A stretch of DNA of 28,150 bases. It comes from Candidatus Aminicenantes bacterium (GTDB lineage Bacteria > Acidobacteriota > Aminicenantia > Aminicenantales > Aminicenantaceae). This document shows, one piece after another, positions 25,390 to 28,150 of the stretch (positions are counted from its first letter, which is position 1; each line of letters starts with the position of its first letter). The stretch covers positions 1 through 28,150 of the forward strand of contig DAOWCB010000001.1 in NCBI GenBank assembly GCA_030633795.1, written 5' to 3'. The translations under genes were made by a program, and so were the position numbers. Below the pieces are notes generated by a model. The model was not told where the DNA came from. It ran no database searches and was given only the letters and a program-made list of their open reading frames with translations.

Positions 25390-26154
25390 TCAATGGTGAT
25401 GGGATACAAGATGATGGCCATCCGCCAACATTCTTTTGAACTCATCTGAACGGCAAAACTCGTCATGGCTTCCATGATAGACCAAGGTTTGATTAAGACA
25501 GGCTACCTGTGCCACGTGCTTATTTATGATCCCCACTTCATGGGTAATCAAAACGATGGTGATTCCTTCCTCTCGATTGAGTCTGTGAAGCATGTCATAA
25601 AAATGCTCCTGAGTTTTGACATCCACTCCGGTCGTTGGTTCATCCAGCATCAATATCTTCGGATGATTGGCAAGTGCTCGGGCTATGAACACACGTTGCT
25701 GTTGCCCTGCCGATAGGTTCCCGATCCTCCGGTTTTTGTATTCCTCTATCCCAACCTGTTGCAAAGCTCTGGAAATACAACTATCCTCTTCCCTTGTGCG
25801 GCGCGGGAACCGTCGTGACGATTGGATACCCATGGCGACGACTTCTTTCACAGAAACCGGAAAAAGGGAATCGATATGAGTCGCCTTTTGGGGAACATAT
25901 CCGATTGTTTTCCAATCTGCAAACTCTTCTACCGTTTTCCCCATGATTTTGACCTCTCCCAACCGTGGCTTCAGAAGGCCCAGGATGATCTTTAAAAGAG
26001 TTGTTTTTCCTGAACCGTTTGGACCGATGATAGCCAAAAAATCCTCTTGGTTGATCGGGAAACTCACATCTTTGAGGACATCCCCATAACCATAACTATA
26101 GGCAACTTTTCGTATCTCGATCAGAAGCTCTTGCTCAGTGGCAACCGAGTCCAT
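25390..26154 (-). CDS. znuC: Zn/Mn ABC transporter ATP-binding subunit
   Basis: Walker A GPNGSGKT, IGYVPQ, signature LSAGQQQRV, Walker B LMLDEPT, and a His-rich C-terminus (HHLVSHHH). Confidence 0.88.
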   Translation of the reverse strand: MDSVATEQELLIEIRKVAYSYGYGDVLKDVSFPINQEDFLAIIGPNGSGKTTLLKIILGLLKPRLGEVKIMGKTVEEFADWKTIGYVPQKATHIDSLFPVSVKEVVAMGIQSSRRFPRRTREEDSCISRALQQVGIEEYKNRRIGNLSAGQQQRVFIARALANHPKILMLDEPTTGVDVKTQEHFYDMLHRLNREEGITIVLITHEVGIINKHVAQVACLNQTLVYHGSHDEFCRSDEFKRMLADGHHLVSHHH

Positions 26155-27064
26155 TTTTTAAACTCTCCAGATTTTTTTTCATGATACTCAAAAATGTGAT
26201 GCCGGAATGATCCTGCTTCCTGGGAAGACTGGCGCCTGGATTCAAAACCAGTGTTTTTGCACCGGTCTCTTCAGCGATAACGCGGGCCAGTTTGCTGCTG
26301 ACATTGATTTCAAAAAAGATGGCTCCTATCTCCCTTTCTTTGATAAAATCGATAACATCTATGAGTTGGCGAGGAGTCGGTTTGGAATCCGGGCTTAAGC
26401 CATAAAGGGATATCTGAGACAAATTATACCGTCGGGCCAAATACCCAAAAGCTGCATGCCCTCCTAAAACGATGGTTTTTTGATCACATTGATCAAGAAC
26501 CTTCCGGTACACATCATCCAATGCATCGAGCTTCTGCTTATAGATGTCGGCATTCTCCTGGAAAACAGCCCGCCTATCGGGATCAATTTGGGAAAGAACC
26601 TCGGCAATCCTGTCGATGATCTTTTTATCATTGGTGAAGTCTAACCAAATATGCGGATCACGTATGCCATTTTTGTGTTTTTCGACTTCCTCTTCATGAC
26701 CGATCAAAAATAATCCCTTGCTTGCTTCTACCACATGGAGATTGGGATTTTTCACACTTCGAAGAATATCATCAGCCCATGGCTCTAACTCGGCTCCTAT
26801 GTAGACAAAAACATCGGCGGAAGAAAGTTTCACCAAATCACTGGGTTTGGGCTGCCAGGCGTGAATCTCGGCACCTGGTGGAAGAAGCAGTTCCACTTCA
26901 CCCCAATCCCCTACAACCGCATGAGCAAATTCTTTCAGCGGAAAAATGCTGGTCATCATTTTGATTGGGACGGTCTGTTTGCTTTGAAAGGATGAAGATA
27001 TTCCTATTCCCATAACAAAACATGCTATTGATAAAAAAAGGATGAAGATTTGTTTTTTGTTCAT
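26135..27064 (-). CDS. znuA: Zn/Mn ABC transporter substrate-binding protein (cluster A-I)
   Basis: Signal peptide; metal-ligand motifs EIHAWQP, DPHIWLD, GHAAFGY and IFFE; short H/E-rich loop. Zn versus Mn specificity cannot be fixed from sequence. Confidence 0.85.
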   Translation of the reverse strand: MNKKQIFILFLSIACFVMGIGISSSFQSKQTVPIKMMTSIFPLKEFAHAVVGDWGEVELLLPPGAEIHAWQPKPSDLVKLSSADVFVYIGAELEPWADDILRSVKNPNLHVVEASKGLFLIGHEEEVEKHKNGIRDPHIWLDFTNDKKIIDRIAEVLSQIDPDRRAVFQENADIYKQKLDALDDVYRKVLDQCDQKTIVLGGHAAFGYLARRYNLSQISLYGLSPDSKPTPRQLIDVIDFIKEREIGAIFFEINVSSKLARVIAEETGAKTLVLNPGASLPRKQDHSGITFLSIMKKNLESLKNGLGCH

Positions 27065-27101
27065 ATAATCCGCTTTATTTCTATCTATTATATAAAAGGA
27101 A

Positions 27102-28148
27102 CTATGTCAATCCTTTCATTCGATACCGAATCCGCGTGCCTTCCCCGATTTCGACCTCATAACAGGCGGGTGTCACAAAGCCCCTTCGCTGAGCTTCATC
27201 GGATACCAGTTTTTTGAAAGAAAAGAGGTCTTTTTTTCGGATTAAAGCAATCCCAGAACCGCCAAACCCCGCACCCGTCAGCCTGGCACCGAGACAAAAA
27301 TGGGATTGTTTCCCACATTCATACAGAAGATCCAGCTCTGGACAGGAAACCTGATAATCATCTCTAAGGCTTTCATGGGACTGGAAAAGCAGCCGTCCCA
27401 ATTCATGAAAATTATCATCTTGGAGAGCCCTAACAGCCTTCTTGACCCTAGCATTCTCGGTCACAACATGTCTGGCTCTTTTGTAAAATGTTTCTCCCAG
27501 ATCATCTTTCTTTTCATCAAGCAATGACAGGGTGACATTTTTATAGGTTTGGACTCCGGATTCTCGTAGCTTTTCCAGCGCACCTGTAGCCTCGGCACGC
27601 CGTTTATTGTATGCAGAAGACGCTAGATCTCGAAGCATCCTGGTATCATAGACAAGAATTCCCAGTCCCTCGCCCTCAAGACGCAGCGGATAATACTCAT
27701 AGGCAAGGGTTTCACAATCCAGGAAAACAGCCTTATCCTTTTTCCCAAACACAGAAATGAATTGATCCATCAGACCACATTTCACGCCCACATAATCATT
27801 CTCTGCTGCCTGGGCCAGTTTCGCCATTTCCAAAGGAGAGAGCCCTAGCTTGAACATCGTATCGAGGGCTTTGATGATGCTCACCTCTAAGGCTGCTGAA
27901 GAGCTCAATCCTGATTCCAGAGGAATATCACCCCAGACATAAGCATCGATTCCTCGAAGGGAGGCACCCTTTTGAGCAAGTATCCAAAAAATCCCTTTGA
28001 CATAGTCGATCCAGCCTCCTTGTTTTGCATCAAAATTCTGTTTGAGTGAAAAGCTTTTCTCTTGTTTAAAGTTGTCAGCCCATATTCGGACGATTCCATC
28101 AGTTCTCTGCGATGCAAGAAATGCAACATGCATATGGATAGCGCATGG
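27102..28148 (-). CDS. galK: Galactokinase (GHMP kinase); 5' end lies outside the window
   Basis: The frame is open to the edge (...PCAIHMHVAF). Motifs WIDYVKG, IPLESGLSSSAALE, GVKCGLMDQF, RARHVVTEN, SLRDDYQVSCPELD and GARLTGAGFGG. Confidence 0.9.
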   Translation of the reverse strand, partial: PCAIHMHVAFLASQRTDGIVRIWADNFKQEKSFSLKQNFDAKQGGWIDYVKGIFWILAQKGASLRGIDAYVWGDIPLESGLSSSAALEVSIIKALDTMFKLGLSPLEMAKLAQAAENDYVGVKCGLMDQFISVFGKKDKAVFLDCETLAYEYYPLRLEGEGLGILVYDTRMLRDLASSAYNKRRAEATGALEKLRESGVQTYKNVTLSLLDEKKDDLGETFYKRARHVVTENARVKKAVRALQDDNFHELGRLLFQSHESLRDDYQVSCPELDLLYECGKQSHFCLGARLTGAGFGGSGIALIRKKDLFSFKKLVSDEAQRRGFVTPACYEVEIGEGTRIRYRMKGLT

Positions 28149-28150
28149 CA

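Noticed and set aside
27063-27093. Canonical Zur or Fur box upstream of znuA
   Set aside because: The AT-rich repeat has a 17-nt spacer and does not match the contiguous palindromes known for Zur or Fur.
1-28150. CRISPR arrays, tRNA or rRNA genes, prophage, integrase, transposase and defence systems
   Set aside because: No repeat-spacer periodicity, cloverleaf or T-loop motifs, or matching protein motifs were seen, and all long ORFs have metabolic or housekeeping assignments.

Overview
A bacterial chromosomal segment, densely coding, with no mobile elements, CRISPR arrays, tRNA or rRNA genes that I can detect. The lineage is uncertain; gene style is compatible with Acidobacteriota/Aminicenantia, which is inference only. 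Left to right: (1) a 5'-truncated tandem-domain class II aldolase and a WrbA-like flavodoxin; (2) an L-rhamnose module with rhaB-rhaA divergent from a secreted GH78 alpha-L-rhamnosidase, followed by a convergent 12-TM NCS1-like permease with a coupled 68-aa membrane protein; (3) asnS; (4) a seven-gene chain rimO-pgpA-cinA-thpR-plsY-gpsA-TPR joined by 4-nt overlaps; (5) metK-ahcY on the minus strand; (6) two secreted M16-family proteins coupled to a bifunctional FTCD, then a macro-domain protein; (7) a Zn/Mn ABC transporter and a 5'-truncated galK on the minus strand. The main unexplained signals are two ~120-nt intergenic rod-like RNA structures whose G-U pairs point to the + strand (10504-10623 and 16606-16727), an M16 pair in which neither subunit has an intact zinc site, a half-degenerate tandem aldolase that may supply the missing RhaD step, and an NCS1-type permease plus microprotein as a candidate unconventional rhamnose importer. 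All structures and motifs were read by eye, with no folding or database search.
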